This document shows, piece by piece, positions 1 through 9,654 of a DNA stretch of 64,000 nt (its first letter is position 1; each line of letters begins with the position of its first letter). The notes beneath the pieces are model-generated. The model did no database searches, was not told where the DNA came from, and saw only the letters and a list, made by a program, of their open reading frames with translations. This stretch comes from Gammaproteobacteria bacterium (GTDB taxonomy: Bacteria > Pseudomonadota > Gammaproteobacteria > JABXHR01). Position numbers and translations under genes: made by a program. The DNA lies in contig JABXHR010000016.1 in NCBI GenBank assembly GCA_013373515.1, positions 20,000 to 83,999 of the forward strand, read 5' to 3'.

Positions 1-636
1 TTCAATCCGGAGCAACATGTCGACGGTGACAAAACGGTGTTTGAACAGACTGCGCCGTTTGAGCCCGTCGATGCACCGGATTTGATTTTGCAACACCCTC
101 AAAACGCACGCTGGGTGGTCAAATGTATGTGGCAAGAGTTTGCCAGCGAAGAGATCGAAGACGATGTTCTCGATGAGTTGTCAAATGATTTTCGTCGCCA
201 TCACAGTAATCTTCAGCTGCTGCAATCAATCTTGTTGCATCCCAATTTTTGGAAGAACGAACACCGCGGCGCGCTAATGAAGTCGCCACTTGATTTGATC
301 ATCTCCACCAGCCGGTTGTTTGATCAATACCTGCTAAGCGCCGAAGAGACCTTTGAGGTTTCAAAGCGGCTAGGTCTAGAGATCTTTCATCAAAACCCTA
401 GTTTCACCAACTTTGGCTGGGTTAACCCCAGCACATTGCCGCTAAGGCTGCGACTGCTGCGCCGCATGTCCCGTGGCACCGAACAAATGGACACCGCGCT
501 CTATGACTGGGCACAAGACCAAAACTTACTCGAACAAATTACCCTGCCTATTCCGCCGCAACGACCCGTCACCGCCACCAGCGTCCAGGGAAAAATTGCC
601 GCTCACCTTCTTGATCTCGGGTTTCAACTGAAATGA
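1..636 (+). CDS. C-terminal part of a DUF1800-like protein; the 5' end lies outside the window (frame is open upstream of the listed GTG)
   Basis: No stop codon in frame back to position 1. Its stop overlaps the next start as ATGA. A DUF1501 Tat protein lies immediately downstream, and DUF1800/DUF1501 pairs are canonical. Confidence 0.45.
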   Translation, partial: FNPEQHVDGDKTVFEQTAPFEPVDAPDLILQHPQNARWVVKCMWQEFASEEIEDDVLDELSNDFRRHHSNLQLLQSILLHPNFWKNEHRGALMKSPLDLIISTSRLFDQYLLSAEETFEVSKRLGLEIFHQNPSFTNFGWVNPSTLPLRLRLLRRMSRGTEQMDTALYDWAQDQNLLEQITLPIPPQRPVTATSVQGKIAAHLLDLGFQLK

Positions 637-1835
637 ACATCAGCAGACGTCGTCTACTACAGAGCACACTGGCGTTGAGCACTGGCTACTCCACCGCCGC
701 GATGGCCAGAAGTTTTGGTTCGATTGCGCACGAAAGCGATCAACCCCCGCGCTACCTCATCCTGATTGAGCTCATCGGCGGCAATGATGGGCTAAACACC
801 ATCGTGCCGTTTCGAGATCAAACCTACTACGATCAACGTCCCAATCTCGCAATCCGTCCAGACGAAGTGGTTCCGCTGCGCGAAGGGTTAGGCCTACATC
901 CAGCGCTAGAACCACTATACCCTTACTGGGAAAAACGAGAGCTCGTCGTGCTGAACAATGTGGCCCACGACACCGTGGTCGATAGTCACTTCAGGGCAGC
1001 GGAAATCTGGGACACCGGCATCACCGAATTTGGTCAACTGCCCAAAGGTTGGGTAGCAAGCCTAATACCGCCAGAGCGCTACTATCGCGAATATGTGGCG
1101 CTCGGCATTAACGTGGGTGCAAATCCAGGCCCGATGGAGGGCGGCGAGTACATGCTCACTATGGACTCACTGGACAAATTCCTGCGCGATCAAAAGCGTG
1201 GTGTCGATGCCCCAATTATCAAAGACCACATTGCGATGTCGCATCTCTACCAAGTACAAGCGAATCTGGCACGTAGCGAAAAAATTCCCAATAATCGCTT
1301 TGAGGTCTTCCCTGAAATCGGCGGTTTTACCGACGACGAATTAGGTCGTGGCTTGCAAGACATCAGCGCGATGATCATCAATGGCGCTGCGGCGCCAGTA
1401 CTCAAAACCAGCCTTAACGGCTTCGACACCCACCAAAATCAACCTAAAATCCACGCCGACTTGCTGGCGAGGCTGGCACATAATCTGGCCAATTTTCGCG
1501 AACTCATGCATGAGACCGGCTATTGGCCACAAGTGATGGTAATGACCTATTCGGAGTTTGGACGTGCACTGTCTGAAAATGACCAGATGGGAACCGAGCA
1601 TGGCCATGCAGCCCCCGTGCTGATGATGTCCTCTGGCATTAAGGGCGATATCTATGGCGGTGCGCCAGATTTGACGAGGGGAGAAGCATTGCCATTTCAA
1701 TTTGATTTCCGCCAAGTCATCAATACTGCAGTGTTAGATTGGCTGGGCACACGCTCGGGTCAAATTAATATCCGGCGCTATCCCGCCATCGATGTGGTGG
1801 ATGTCAGTGCAAAACGTGATCATCCGCTCTTGTAA
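633..1835 (+). CDS. DUF1501 family protein with twin-arginine (Tat) signal peptide
   Basis: N-terminal SRRRLLQ...AMA Tat motif. Conserved DUF1501 motifs seen: LIELIGGNDGLN, GFDTHQNQ, YSEFGRALSENDQMGTEHGHAAP. Confidence 0.8.
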   Translation: MNISRRRLLQSTLALSTGYSTAAMARSFGSIAHESDQPPRYLILIELIGGNDGLNTIVPFRDQTYYDQRPNLAIRPDEVVPLREGLGLHPALEPLYPYWEKRELVVLNNVAHDTVVDSHFRAAEIWDTGITEFGQLPKGWVASLIPPERYYREYVALGINVGANPGPMEGGEYMLTMDSLDKFLRDQKRGVDAPIIKDHIAMSHLYQVQANLARSEKIPNNRFEVFPEIGGFTDDELGRGLQDISAMIINGAAAPVLKTSLNGFDTHQNQPKIHADLLARLAHNLANFRELMHETGYWPQVMVMTYSEFGRALSENDQMGTEHGHAAPVLMMSSGIKGDIYGGAPDLTRGEALPFQFDFRQVINTAVLDWLGTRSGQINIRRYPAIDVVDVSAKRDHPLL

Positions 1836-1839
1836 ACGC

Positions 1840-2595
1840 TTACCAGAGCGGAATATCTTCGTAGCGTGCGGACTTGGTCTCAGGAATCGGCTGATTGTCC
1901 TCACGATGATAGGTATACACCAAAGAGTACTTGGTTTGATCGGTCATATTCTTGCCCGCTGCATGCAATGTCAGCGCATCAAAAAACAATACATCACCGG
2001 GCTCAAGCGACACTGTTTGCGCCGTCTCTAACAGCGCAAGATTTTCGTCTAAGTCCTCTCGGAAAAACAAATTGGCGTCATAGCTACCACGGCCCATTTT
2101 CATTTGATGAGAGCCGGGAATCACCTGTAACGCACCATTCTCTTCGCGCTCTGGTCCAATCGCAAGCCACACGCTAATGAGCTCCGATCGATCAAAACAC
2201 CAATAGCGCATATCCCGATGCCACCCCGTGCGTGTCGAGAAGCGAGGGTTTTTGGTCATGATGCAATTATGGTGATTTTGCGACAGCATAATGCGTTCAG
2301 TGCCAAACAGCGCTTTGAGCCGCGAGACGATCTCAGGGTGCATGCCCCAATCACGAAACACCCGATCCCTGGCAAAGGCTTGAAGCAAGCGTCGAGGCGT
2401 TCGACCGCCTGCTTCAGCCAGCGATCCTGGCGCCCCCGGGTAGCCCACTTCCGACTCATATTCCAGCGGCGCTAACGGTGGGCGCAATCCATCTGATATT
2501 GCGGATTTGATCGCTGCCAATGTCTCATCATCGGCCAGCCCCTCAACCTTGGCGAATCCAGTTTCATGAAACGCATCAATCCATGCTTGATCCAT
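1840..2595 (-). CDS. Phytanoyl-CoA dioxygenase (PhyH) family Fe(II)/2-oxoglutarate oxygenase
   Basis: PhyH-like sequence (WHRDMRYW..., HxD...H pattern). Preferred start MDQAWIDAF overlaps the DUF971 stop by 1 nt (TAATG). The ORF track offers an upstream alternative start at 2631. Confidence 0.75.
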   Translation of the reverse strand: MDQAWIDAFHETGFAKVEGLADDETLAAIKSAISDGLRPPLAPLEYESEVGYPGAPGSLAEAGGRTPRRLLQAFARDRVFRDWGMHPEIVSRLKALFGTERIMLSQNHHNCIMTKNPRFSTRTGWHRDMRYWCFDRSELISVWLAIGPEREENGALQVIPGSHQMKMGRGSYDANLFFREDLDENLALLETAQTVSLEPGDVLFFDALTLHAAGKNMTDQTKYSLVYTYHREDNQPIPETKSARYEDIPLW

Positions 2596-2882
2596 TATGG
2601 CGACTCTTTGTGATCGTAAAAATAGTCCCACGAGAATAGACCAGAATCGTGGCCATCATCGAAGGTCAGTTTGACAGCGTAATTGCCGACCGGCGCGATA
2701 TCCACAATCCGCACATTTTCTTTGCCAGTAACAGTGACCTTCTGACCCGGACCATGGCCTTGTACTTCGGCCGAAGGGCTATTGACCCGCAGCCATTGTG
2801 CGCTGAAGCGCACCTCATCGTCGCCATAGCGCAAATGCAATGACTGCTTGTCTTTACTGAGTCTAATTTCTTCTGGGATCAT
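2595..2882 (-). CDS. DUF971 (gamma-butyrobetaine hydroxylase-like N-terminal domain) small protein
   Basis: About 95 aa, reading ...[42 protein letters not shown] overlap with the hslU stop. DUF971 is commonly found downstream of hslU. Confidence 0.7.
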   Translation of the reverse strand: MIPEEIRLSKDKQSLHLRYGDDEVRFSAQWLRVNSPSAEVQGHGPGQKVTVTGKENVRIVDIAPVGNYAVKLTFDDGHDSGLFSWDYFYDHKESP

Positions 2883-4210
2883 AAAATATACCGACTTAAA
2901 TCTCGATCCATCACCAAGTCGCCGAGCTTGCGATCGACATCGTCAGCGGTGATTTCGACCTTCTGACCCGATTTCTCAGAGGCATCAAAGCCAAGCTCAT
3001 CCATCAATCGTTCAAGCACAGTATGCAACCGCCGCGCACCGATGTTCTCGGTATTGCTATTTACTTCATAAGCAATCTCAGCCACCCGTTTAATTGCGTC
3101 ATCAGAGAAGCTTAGATTCAGGCCTTCGGTGCTCATCAGTGCGATGTATTGCTTGATCAATGAGGTGGTGGGCTCTGTCAAAATGCGAACAAAGTCATCA
3201 ACATCCAATGCACGCAATTCAACCCGAATAGGCAGGCGGCCCTGTAGCTCTGGAATCAAATCAGACGGTTTACTGAGATGGAAGGCACCCGATGCAATAA
3301 ATAAAATATGATCGGTGCGCACCATGCCAAATTTGGTACTCACCGTGCTGCCCTCAACGATCGGCAACAGATCTCGCTGAACCCCTTCACGGCTGACATC
3401 GCCACCATGGGCGCCTTCACGCTTGGCAACCTTGTCAATTTCATCGAGAAAGACAATTCCGTTTTGCTCAACCAGCTCTACTGCAGCTTGACGCACTTCA
3501 TCTTCATTGACGAGTTTGGCGGCCTCTTCCTCACCCATTTGTCGCAATGCCTCAGAGACTGCCATTTTTTTGCGTTTGGTTTGGCCTTTGCCGAATTGCG
3601 AAAACAACTCGCTGAGTTGATCTGACATTTGCTCCATGCCAGGCGGTGACATCACCTGGACATTGGGAGACACCGCCGCAATATCCACCTCAATCATCTT
3701 GTCATCGAGCTCACCATTGCGCAGTTTTTGGCGCATTTTTTCGCGAGTAGCCGACTCAGGGCGTTTCTCATCCTGATCCCAAGGGTCACGACTGGGCGGT
3801 GGTAAAAGCGCATCTAATACACGTTCTTCCGCCTGCACCTTGGCCTTGTCGGTGACCATTTTCATCTGATTGGCGCGCTGCTCTTTGACCGCCACATCAA
3901 CCAAATCGCGAATCATCGACTCCACATCACGGCCCACATAGCCAACCTCAGTAAATTTGGTGGCTTCAACCTTGATAAACGGAGCATTGGCAAGCTTGGC
4001 CAAACGTCTAGCAATTTCGGTCTTGCCCACGCCGGTGGGACCAATCATAAGAATGTTCTTGGGGGTAATTTCAGCGGCCATAGACTCATCGAGCTGCTGG
4101 CGACGCCAACGATTGCGCAATGCCACCGCCACCGCCCGCTTGGCCTCATTTTGGCCGACGATGTATCTGTCTAGTTCGCTTACCACTTCACGTGGGGTCA
4201 TGACACTCAT
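2879..4210 (-). CDS. hslU: ATP-dependent protease ATPase subunit HslU
   Basis: Unmistakable HslU sequence with Walker A GPTGVGKT; 443 aa. ATGA-type overlap with hslV. Confidence 0.97.
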   Translation of the reverse strand: MSVMTPREVVSELDRYIVGQNEAKRAVAVALRNRWRRQQLDESMAAEITPKNILMIGPTGVGKTEIARRLAKLANAPFIKVEATKFTEVGYVGRDVESMIRDLVDVAVKEQRANQMKMVTDKAKVQAEERVLDALLPPPSRDPWDQDEKRPESATREKMRQKLRNGELDDKMIEVDIAAVSPNVQVMSPPGMEQMSDQLSELFSQFGKGQTKRKKMAVSEALRQMGEEEAAKLVNEDEVRQAAVELVEQNGIVFLDEIDKVAKREGAHGGDVSREGVQRDLLPIVEGSTVSTKFGMVRTDHILFIASGAFHLSKPSDLIPELQGRLPIRVELRALDVDDFVRILTEPTTSLIKQYIALMSTEGLNLSFSDDAIKRVAEIAYEVNSNTENIGARRLHTVLERLMDELGFDASEKSGQKVEITADDVDRKLGDLVMDRDLSRYIL

Positions 4211-4749
4211 GCGTCCTCCAAGGTTTCAATTGTCCACTGCTCGTTGGTATATACACAGATTTCTGAGGCGATACGCAGCGACTCTTCCACAATTTGCTTC
4301 GCGGATAACTCACTGTGGCGAAGCAATGCTAAGCCTGCACTTTGCGCAAAATGCCCTCCCGAACCGATTGCAATCATATCGTGCTCGGGTTCAATCACAT
4401 CGCCATTGCCGGTAATGACTAAAATGCTCTCTTCATTGGCGACAAGCAACATCGCTTCGAGGCGGCGTAACGCACGATCTGTTCGCCAATCTTTGGCCAA
4501 TTCCACCGCGGCACGCACCAACTGACCACCATGTGCTTCAAGTTTGGCCTCAAAGCGTTCAAACAAGGTAAAGGCGTCTGCTGTACCGCCAGCAAATCCG
4601 GCGAGCACTTTGTCCTTATAGAGGCGGCGCACCTTGCGGGCATTGCCTTTCATAATGGTCGAGCCGGTTGAGACTTGACCGTCACCGCCGACGACCACCT
4701 GCTTGCCACGTTTGGCCGCAACAATGGTAGTCCCGTGAAATTGATCCAT
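4207..4749 (-). CDS. hslV: ATP-dependent protease subunit HslV
   Basis: N-terminal ...TTIVAAKRG with active-site Thr; 180 aa. Sits upstream of hslU. Confidence 0.97.
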   Translation of the reverse strand: MDQFHGTTIVAAKRGKQVVVGGDGQVSTGSTIMKGNARKVRRLYKDKVLAGFAGGTADAFTLFERFEAKLEAHGGQLVRAAVELAKDWRTDRALRRLEAMLLVANEESILVITGNGDVIEPEHDMIAIGSGGHFAQSAGLALLRHSELSAKQIVEESLRIASEICVYTNEQWTIETLEDA

Positions 4750-4823
4750 GAAATACTCCTGCGTTGAGCTGGATATATAGAGATGGGTTAAAAATTCTCA
4801 ACAAATTACGCGTGCAATAGTGC

Positions 4824-6188
4824 TTGGCATATACTTGGGCGATGAGCTCAAACCTTGACCCCATCAGCGCACCTGTCGACCCGATTTCTGTCGAACACAG
4901 AATCGAATCTGTTGATGACTATGATAAACGCTATCAGGTCTTATTGGATGCGCTGAAGAAAACCAATCGCCAGCGCCCCGGAAACGCGCAACATTGTTTG
5001 TTGGTGCGCAAGCTTGAGAACTTTTTTAACCCATTGTGCGATAGCTTGCAGCGGCTACATGAAAACGAATCTTTTCAGGCCAATGAGCGCGCTTGGCGGG
5101 CGTTTAACCACCACCGTGAGCTGTTGGTGGAAATCGCATTCGCCTACACGTCGATTGCCAGCCCGCCAATCGGTGTTCAAGGTGCCGACAACAGTCTGCG
5201 TTTATACGCTGCAGAACAAGGCCTTCGGCGCCATGTTCAATTGATGTATATCCATCAATTGCACCACTTGCCATGTCCCAATTGGTGGAGTGATCTGTAT
5301 GCGCTTGCCTCGATTCAACGAAAACTCTCTGGCTCAAATGTTTGCGGCTATTTTGCAGTGGCTGTGGCGCTGCAAGTGATTGACTACTACGCACTGTCGC
5401 GCAGTGCAGTGCATTTTTTGATTCAGGTGCTGATGGAATGGTCACAGTCAATAGAACTCGAGCCCTTTATGGCACCTCGCTCGCGACCCCCTTACCGATT
5501 GAGGATGGACTTTTCGCTCGATGGCCCGCCGGCGGCCAGCGGTTGGTGGCAAGGCAACGATAATGACGAGCTCTGGGAGATCGATCTAGGCTCAATGGCC
5601 GCCAAAGCCACCGAGATCATGGAAAAACATAACCACTACGACGCAGTCCGTGTGGCTGAGCTCCTCGATCGCGCCTGTGGTTTTGGTCATCACCGATCGG
5701 AACCACGGTTGGTATGCCACAACGCCTGCAACATTTCATTGGGCAGCGATGATTGCTTCAAAACTGTCGGCCAGCGGTTACAGTCCGGTCGCCCTGCCAC
5801 CATTGTCGATATGAGCGTCCACGGCATCGGTCTGGCCATCACCCCGCAAGATCGGCTCACCGAGCCCGGCGAAATGTGCGCCATCAAAGTGCAAGATCAG
5901 TGGGTCATTGCCGAGATCTGCTGGGTGCGGGCCAACCGCCCTCTTTGGCGAATGGGCTGTCGAGTCATTGCCACAGATATCGAAACAACCTTTGCCAGCA
6001 TCAATGGGCGTAACGTCAAAGTGTTCGCCTCGCAACGTGAAAATGATTTCATTATTGTGGTCCCAGCGGGTGTTGGCGACGTGGGTCAATCGTTGGTGTT
6101 TACCGAGACACCCGCAAGATTCCGATTAGTCGAATTACTCAATCAAACCGACGATCTCACCTGCTATCGCTTTGAATTGATAGAGTGA
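4824..6188 (+). CDS. PilZ-domain protein: about 330-aa uncharacterised N-terminal region plus a C-terminal PilZ c-di-GMP-binding domain
   Basis: C-terminus carries RLQSGR...DMSVHGIGL, matching the PilZ RxxxR / DxSxxG motifs. I could not recognise the N-terminal region. Confidence 0.6.
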   Translation: MAYTWAMSSNLDPISAPVDPISVEHRIESVDDYDKRYQVLLDALKKTNRQRPGNAQHCLLVRKLENFFNPLCDSLQRLHENESFQANERAWRAFNHHRELLVEIAFAYTSIASPPIGVQGADNSLRLYAAEQGLRRHVQLMYIHQLHHLPCPNWWSDLYALASIQRKLSGSNVCGYFAVAVALQVIDYYALSRSAVHFLIQVLMEWSQSIELEPFMAPRSRPPYRLRMDFSLDGPPAASGWWQGNDNDELWEIDLGSMAAKATEIMEKHNHYDAVRVAELLDRACGFGHHRSEPRLVCHNACNISLGSDDCFKTVGQRLQSGRPATIVDMSVHGIGLAITPQDRLTEPGEMCAIKVQDQWVIAEICWVRANRPLWRMGCRVIATDIETTFASINGRNVKVFASQRENDFIIVVPAGVGDVGQSLVFTETPARFRLVELLNQTDDLTCYRFELIE

Positions 6189-6243
6189 GCTTGGCTACAA
6201 TGCTACAATGTCACGGCAAAGTAGATTAAACAGGGAGAAAACT

Positions 6244-7269
6244 ATGCGACGCTTTAATCAGGCTGCTCTTGCGGGCCTTATCGCAGGACTCAGTCTCAGT
6301 ACTGTTAATGCTGAAACCAAGGGATACACGGTTGTACCAAACTTGGGCTTAAATGCTTTCGGTATTGATGTATCACGCGAGTTTCGTGAAAACACCTCAT
6401 TGCGTGCCAGTTTGTCAGGCTTTAAAAGCAGCGTTGATGAAACCGAAGACGGTTTTGATGCAGAAGCCGACGTTACCTTGTTGAATCTTGGTGGGTTTGT
6501 CGATTATCGCCCCAATCCAAACAGCGGATTTTTTATTTCGGGCGGTCTGATTTACACAGGTACCGGAGCGACCATTAGCTCGAAAGTATTGAGTGAAAAA
6601 GCAGGTACAACTATCACCAACGATCCAGCAACCAACACCACCACCGCAACACTTACGGACAACACCGAAATCAAGATCCAAGGTAGCGGTAACACCGGAT
6701 CAACCAATACCATCACAGTTGGTGAAGAGTCTTTTGAAGTTGAAAACGGCGAAACTTATGTATATCAGATTGGTGGGAAAACCAAGGTAGCCACCATCTT
6801 CGATGGAAATATCGTTTCTTATAACGTACCCGATGATGAAACTACAGCGCAAGTTGAGGCTAAAATTAACACCGATATTCAAAATGGCGATATTCTAAAT
6901 TCAAATCCAGCCAATGACAAAACGGTCATTGACTCTCAAACAATAGTAGAAGACATCACTGGAGATCTAACCATTGATGCCGAAGTAAACTTCAAAAACC
7001 CCATTGCCCCTTACATTGGTGCTGGATATCAGCGTAATTTTGGACAAGACGCTCTCTGGGTCTTCAGCGCGAATGCGGGAATCATGATTACTGGTGGTAT
7101 GGAGTATGATCTTAGGGTCAACTGTGATTCTGATGCAGATATCTGTGTAATTCTTGACGAAGAAATTCAGTCAACAACCAACGATACACGCGCTGACATC
7201 GACGATGCACTCGACGACGTGCCGAACTTCTGGCCTGTCGTTTCAGTGGGCATTGGCCGCAAATTTTAA
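6244..7269 (+). CDS. Outer-membrane beta-barrel protein (OmpA-like small barrel) with a roughly 180-aa Thr/Asn/Asp-rich surface insertion
   Basis: Signal peptide MRRFNQAALAGLIAGLSLSTVNA. Alternating amphipathic strands. C-terminal ...VSVGIGRKF with terminal Phe, typical of OM barrels. Confidence 0.6.
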   Translation: MRRFNQAALAGLIAGLSLSTVNAETKGYTVVPNLGLNAFGIDVSREFRENTSLRASLSGFKSSVDETEDGFDAEADVTLLNLGGFVDYRPNPNSGFFISGGLIYTGTGATISSKVLSEKAGTTITNDPATNTTTATLTDNTEIKIQGSGNTGSTNTITVGEESFEVENGETYVYQIGGKTKVATIFDGNIVSYNVPDDETTAQVEAKINTDIQNGDILNSNPANDKTVIDSQTIVEDITGDLTIDAEVNFKNPIAPYIGAGYQRNFGQDALWVFSANAGIMITGGMEYDLRVNCDSDADICVILDEEIQSTTNDTRADIDDALDDVPNFWPVVSVGIGRKF

Positions 7270-8156
7270 TCGGCTTTAGCGAGCGGATGTGCTTGGTCGT
7301 ACACGACGGCCAAGCGCTGATAATCAAGATGTGTGTAAACTTGGGTAGTCGACAAATCTGCGTGCCCCAACAGTTCCTGCACCGCCCTCAATTGACCGCT
7401 GCTTTGCAACAAATGCGTCGCAAAGGAGTGGCGCAATGTATGGGGGTGAAGCCCTGCGATACCTGCTTCGACACCTCGTTTTTTAAGCTGTTGCTGGATC
7501 GTGCGAACGGAAATTGGCTTGCCTTTTTGAGTCAAAAACACTGTATTTTCGTTTGAGTCTGTGATCTCACATCGAGCACTCAACCATCGCTCTAAAGCAT
7601 TTACGGCAGCTCGGCCAACGGGCACAACACGTACCTTTTGCCCTTTACCAAACACTCTAACCAACCCTTGTTCTATATCAAGATCCTCCAAGCGCAACGC
7701 GGCTGCCTCGGAGACACGCAGCCCACTACTGTAGATCAGCTCAAACATTGCAGAATCACGAATCGACAGCCAATCGTCTGCTTTTGCCATGTCGTCGAGT
7801 AGCGCGGATATCGACTCAATTTCCACGACTTTTGGCAACCGCTTCTCTGATTTAGGGGCTTTTAGGGTGTCAACTGCGGTGGTTTGCCAGTCCCATTGCC
7901 GGCGGCCAAATTCAAAAAAGCGCCGCAGTGCGCTAATTCGCCGAGCAATGGTTTTAGCAGAGTGACCTTGGCGAAAGGCCTCTGCAAATAGCGCTCGAAG
8001 ATCGGCGACCTGAGCGTCTTGCCAATGTTCAATCGATTTGGCGTTTAAGCGTGTCTTGATCCAGCACAAGTCTCGACGATAGGCATCGATGGTATGGGCC
8101 GACAGTCCACGTATCGGCAAGTGCTGATTAATATATTGGCTGAGCTCAGCGTCCAC
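7266..8156 (-). CDS. xerC: Tyrosine recombinase XerC
   Basis: XerC-like sequence with R..HxxR..Y catalytic residues (HTLRHSFATHLL, ...TQVYTH). Conserved dapF-yigA-xerC context. Confidence 0.9.
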   Translation of the reverse strand: MDAELSQYINQHLPIRGLSAHTIDAYRRDLCWIKTRLNAKSIEHWQDAQVADLRALFAEAFRQGHSAKTIARRISALRRFFEFGRRQWDWQTTAVDTLKAPKSEKRLPKVVEIESISALLDDMAKADDWLSIRDSAMFELIYSSGLRVSEAAALRLEDLDIEQGLVRVFGKGQKVRVVPVGRAAVNALERWLSARCEITDSNENTVFLTQKGKPISVRTIQQQLKKRGVEAGIAGLHPHTLRHSFATHLLQSSGQLRAVQELLGHADLSTTQVYTHLDYQRLAVVYDQAHPLAKAD

Positions 8157-8159
8157 GGA

Positions 8160-8825
8160 TTAGTCAAGTTTGGCAATCGCCGCACCCACTAACTCACCGA
8201 GCTGCTCCAGAAAGTCTGTGCTTTGCTCTGGATGATAGCGATCAGTGCTCTGACTACCGAAAGCGACAAAGCCATAGCGCTTGCCGTGAATTAGCGACAA
8301 AATAGCCGCCGATGCAATGTAGTCAGCCTCATCATCAAATAATAATCGCGTGAGTCTCGGGTGACCGTTGAGTAGTTTTACCGACTCACCCCCCATCGCC
8401 TTACGAAGTGCCTCAACTTCGGGATTGGTCGGCGCAATGTAGCGCGTCCAGCCGACGCGCCGATCCAGATCTTTGGCGCTCATAATCCATGCGGTGTACC
8501 ACTCGAGATTGAGTCGCTCAAATACCTCTGACTGAAGCGTGGCTAATATCTCATCAATACTGTCGGCAGCTTGAACTTCGACCGCAAAACGATGCAGCGC
8601 CCGTGATATCAAATCATTGCGTCGAGCATTACTGACGAGACTCTCCACATGTTGTTGATTTGATTCGTTCTGTTGACGCAGCCGTTTAATTTGGTGGTGC
8701 ACCATTGAGACCGCGCCTTTTGGTTGCTCGGTTGGTAGCTCCATCAAGTCCAAAAGCTTGGCATGCTTGGTAAAAAAATCGGGATTCTGCTGAAGATATT
8801 CAGCGACTTGGGACTCCGAGACCAT
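8160..8825 (-). CDS. yigA: DUF484 family protein (YigA-like)
   Basis: Position between dapF and xerC; 221-aa GAF-like DUF484 sequence. Confidence 0.7.
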   Translation of the reverse strand: MVSESQVAEYLQQNPDFFTKHAKLLDLMELPTEQPKGAVSMVHHQIKRLRQQNESNQQHVESLVSNARRNDLISRALHRFAVEVQAADSIDEILATLQSEVFERLNLEWYTAWIMSAKDLDRRVGWTRYIAPTNPEVEALRKAMGGESVKLLNGHPRLTRLLFDDEADYIASAAILSLIHGKRYGFVAFGSQSTDRYHPEQSTDFLEQLGELVGAAIAKLD

Positions 8826-9654
8826 CTAAATCAATCACTCCATCAAACACATGGGTGGCAGGGCCTGTCATCAATACGTGGTCGTTTTCGTCCCACGCAA
8901 AGCGAAGCCTTCCGCCGAGTAATTCAAGTGTAGTGCAATTTGCGTCAAATAAACCCCAAGCCCTTGCGATTGTTGCAGCCGCACACGCGCCAGTGCCACA
9001 AGCCAGTGTTTCACCGACGCCACGCTCGAAGACACGTAAACGACCAAACTGTTGATCGACGATTTGTAGGAACCCCACATTGACGCCATTGGGGAAAACC
9101 GAGTGCGCCACCAACGCCCGACCTAAACCACTCACATCTGCCGTCTCGACATCGTCAACCAGCAATGTGATATGCGGATTGCCCATCGAGACCGCACCAA
9201 ATGTCACGGTTCCAAAATCTGGCAACGCAAGCTGATAACGATCGTGCAGTGTTGCCTCAAAAGGCAACGATTCTGGTGAAAAGTTGGGAGGCCCCATATC
9301 CACTTCGACTTGGCCATCTGGCAGTACTCGAAGCACCATCTGGCCTTTCTTGGTTTCCACTGGAATCTTTGCAGATTGCGTCAATTGATGATCAACCACA
9401 TATTTGGCAAAACAGCGCGCCCCATTACCGCAATGCTCCACTTCCGAACCGTCTGCATTGAAGATGCGGTATTTGAACTCGCAATCTGCTCGCTCTGAGC
9501 GCTCAATGACCAATAACTGGTCAAAGCCCACGCCGAATTGACGATGGCCTAGCTGCGCCATTTGCGCTTGGCTGAGATTGAACGCGTTTTGAGTGGCATC
9601 GATCACCACAAAATCGTTGCCCAAGCCGTGCATTTTGGAAAATGCCAGCATCAT
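8800..9654 (-). CDS. dapF: Diaminopimelate epimerase
   Basis: MHGLGNDFVVID... with two catalytic Cys motifs (GNGARC, ACGTGACAA). Confidence 0.95.
   Translation of the reverse strand: MMLAFSKMHGLGNDFVVIDATQNAFNLSQAQMAQLGHRQFGVGFDQLLVIERSERADCEFKYRIFNADGSEVEHCGNGARCFAKYVVDHQLTQSAKIPVETKKGQMVLRVLPDGQVEVDMGPPNFSPESLPFEATLHDRYQLALPDFGTVTFGAVSMGNPHITLLVDDVETADVSGLGRALVAHSVFPNGVNVGFLQIVDQQFGRLRVFERGVGETLACGTGACAAATIARAWGLFDANCTTLELLGGRLRFAWDENDHVLMTGPATHVFDGVIDLDGLGVPSR

Noticed and set aside
4750-4823. Possible sigma-32 heat-shock promoter upstream of hslV (TTGAGAA ... CCCATCTC on the minus strand)
   Set aside because: The spacing between the candidate -35 and -10 elements is about 7 nt, far from the 13-15 nt consensus. 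It is not supportable as a sigma-32 promoter without transcription-start mapping.
7266-8156. Tyrosine recombinase gene as a possible integrase or mobile-element marker
   Set aside because: It is XerC in its conserved dapF-yigA-xerC chromosomal context. There are no flanking repeats, tRNA gene or phage genes, so it is a housekeeping dimer-resolution recombinase.
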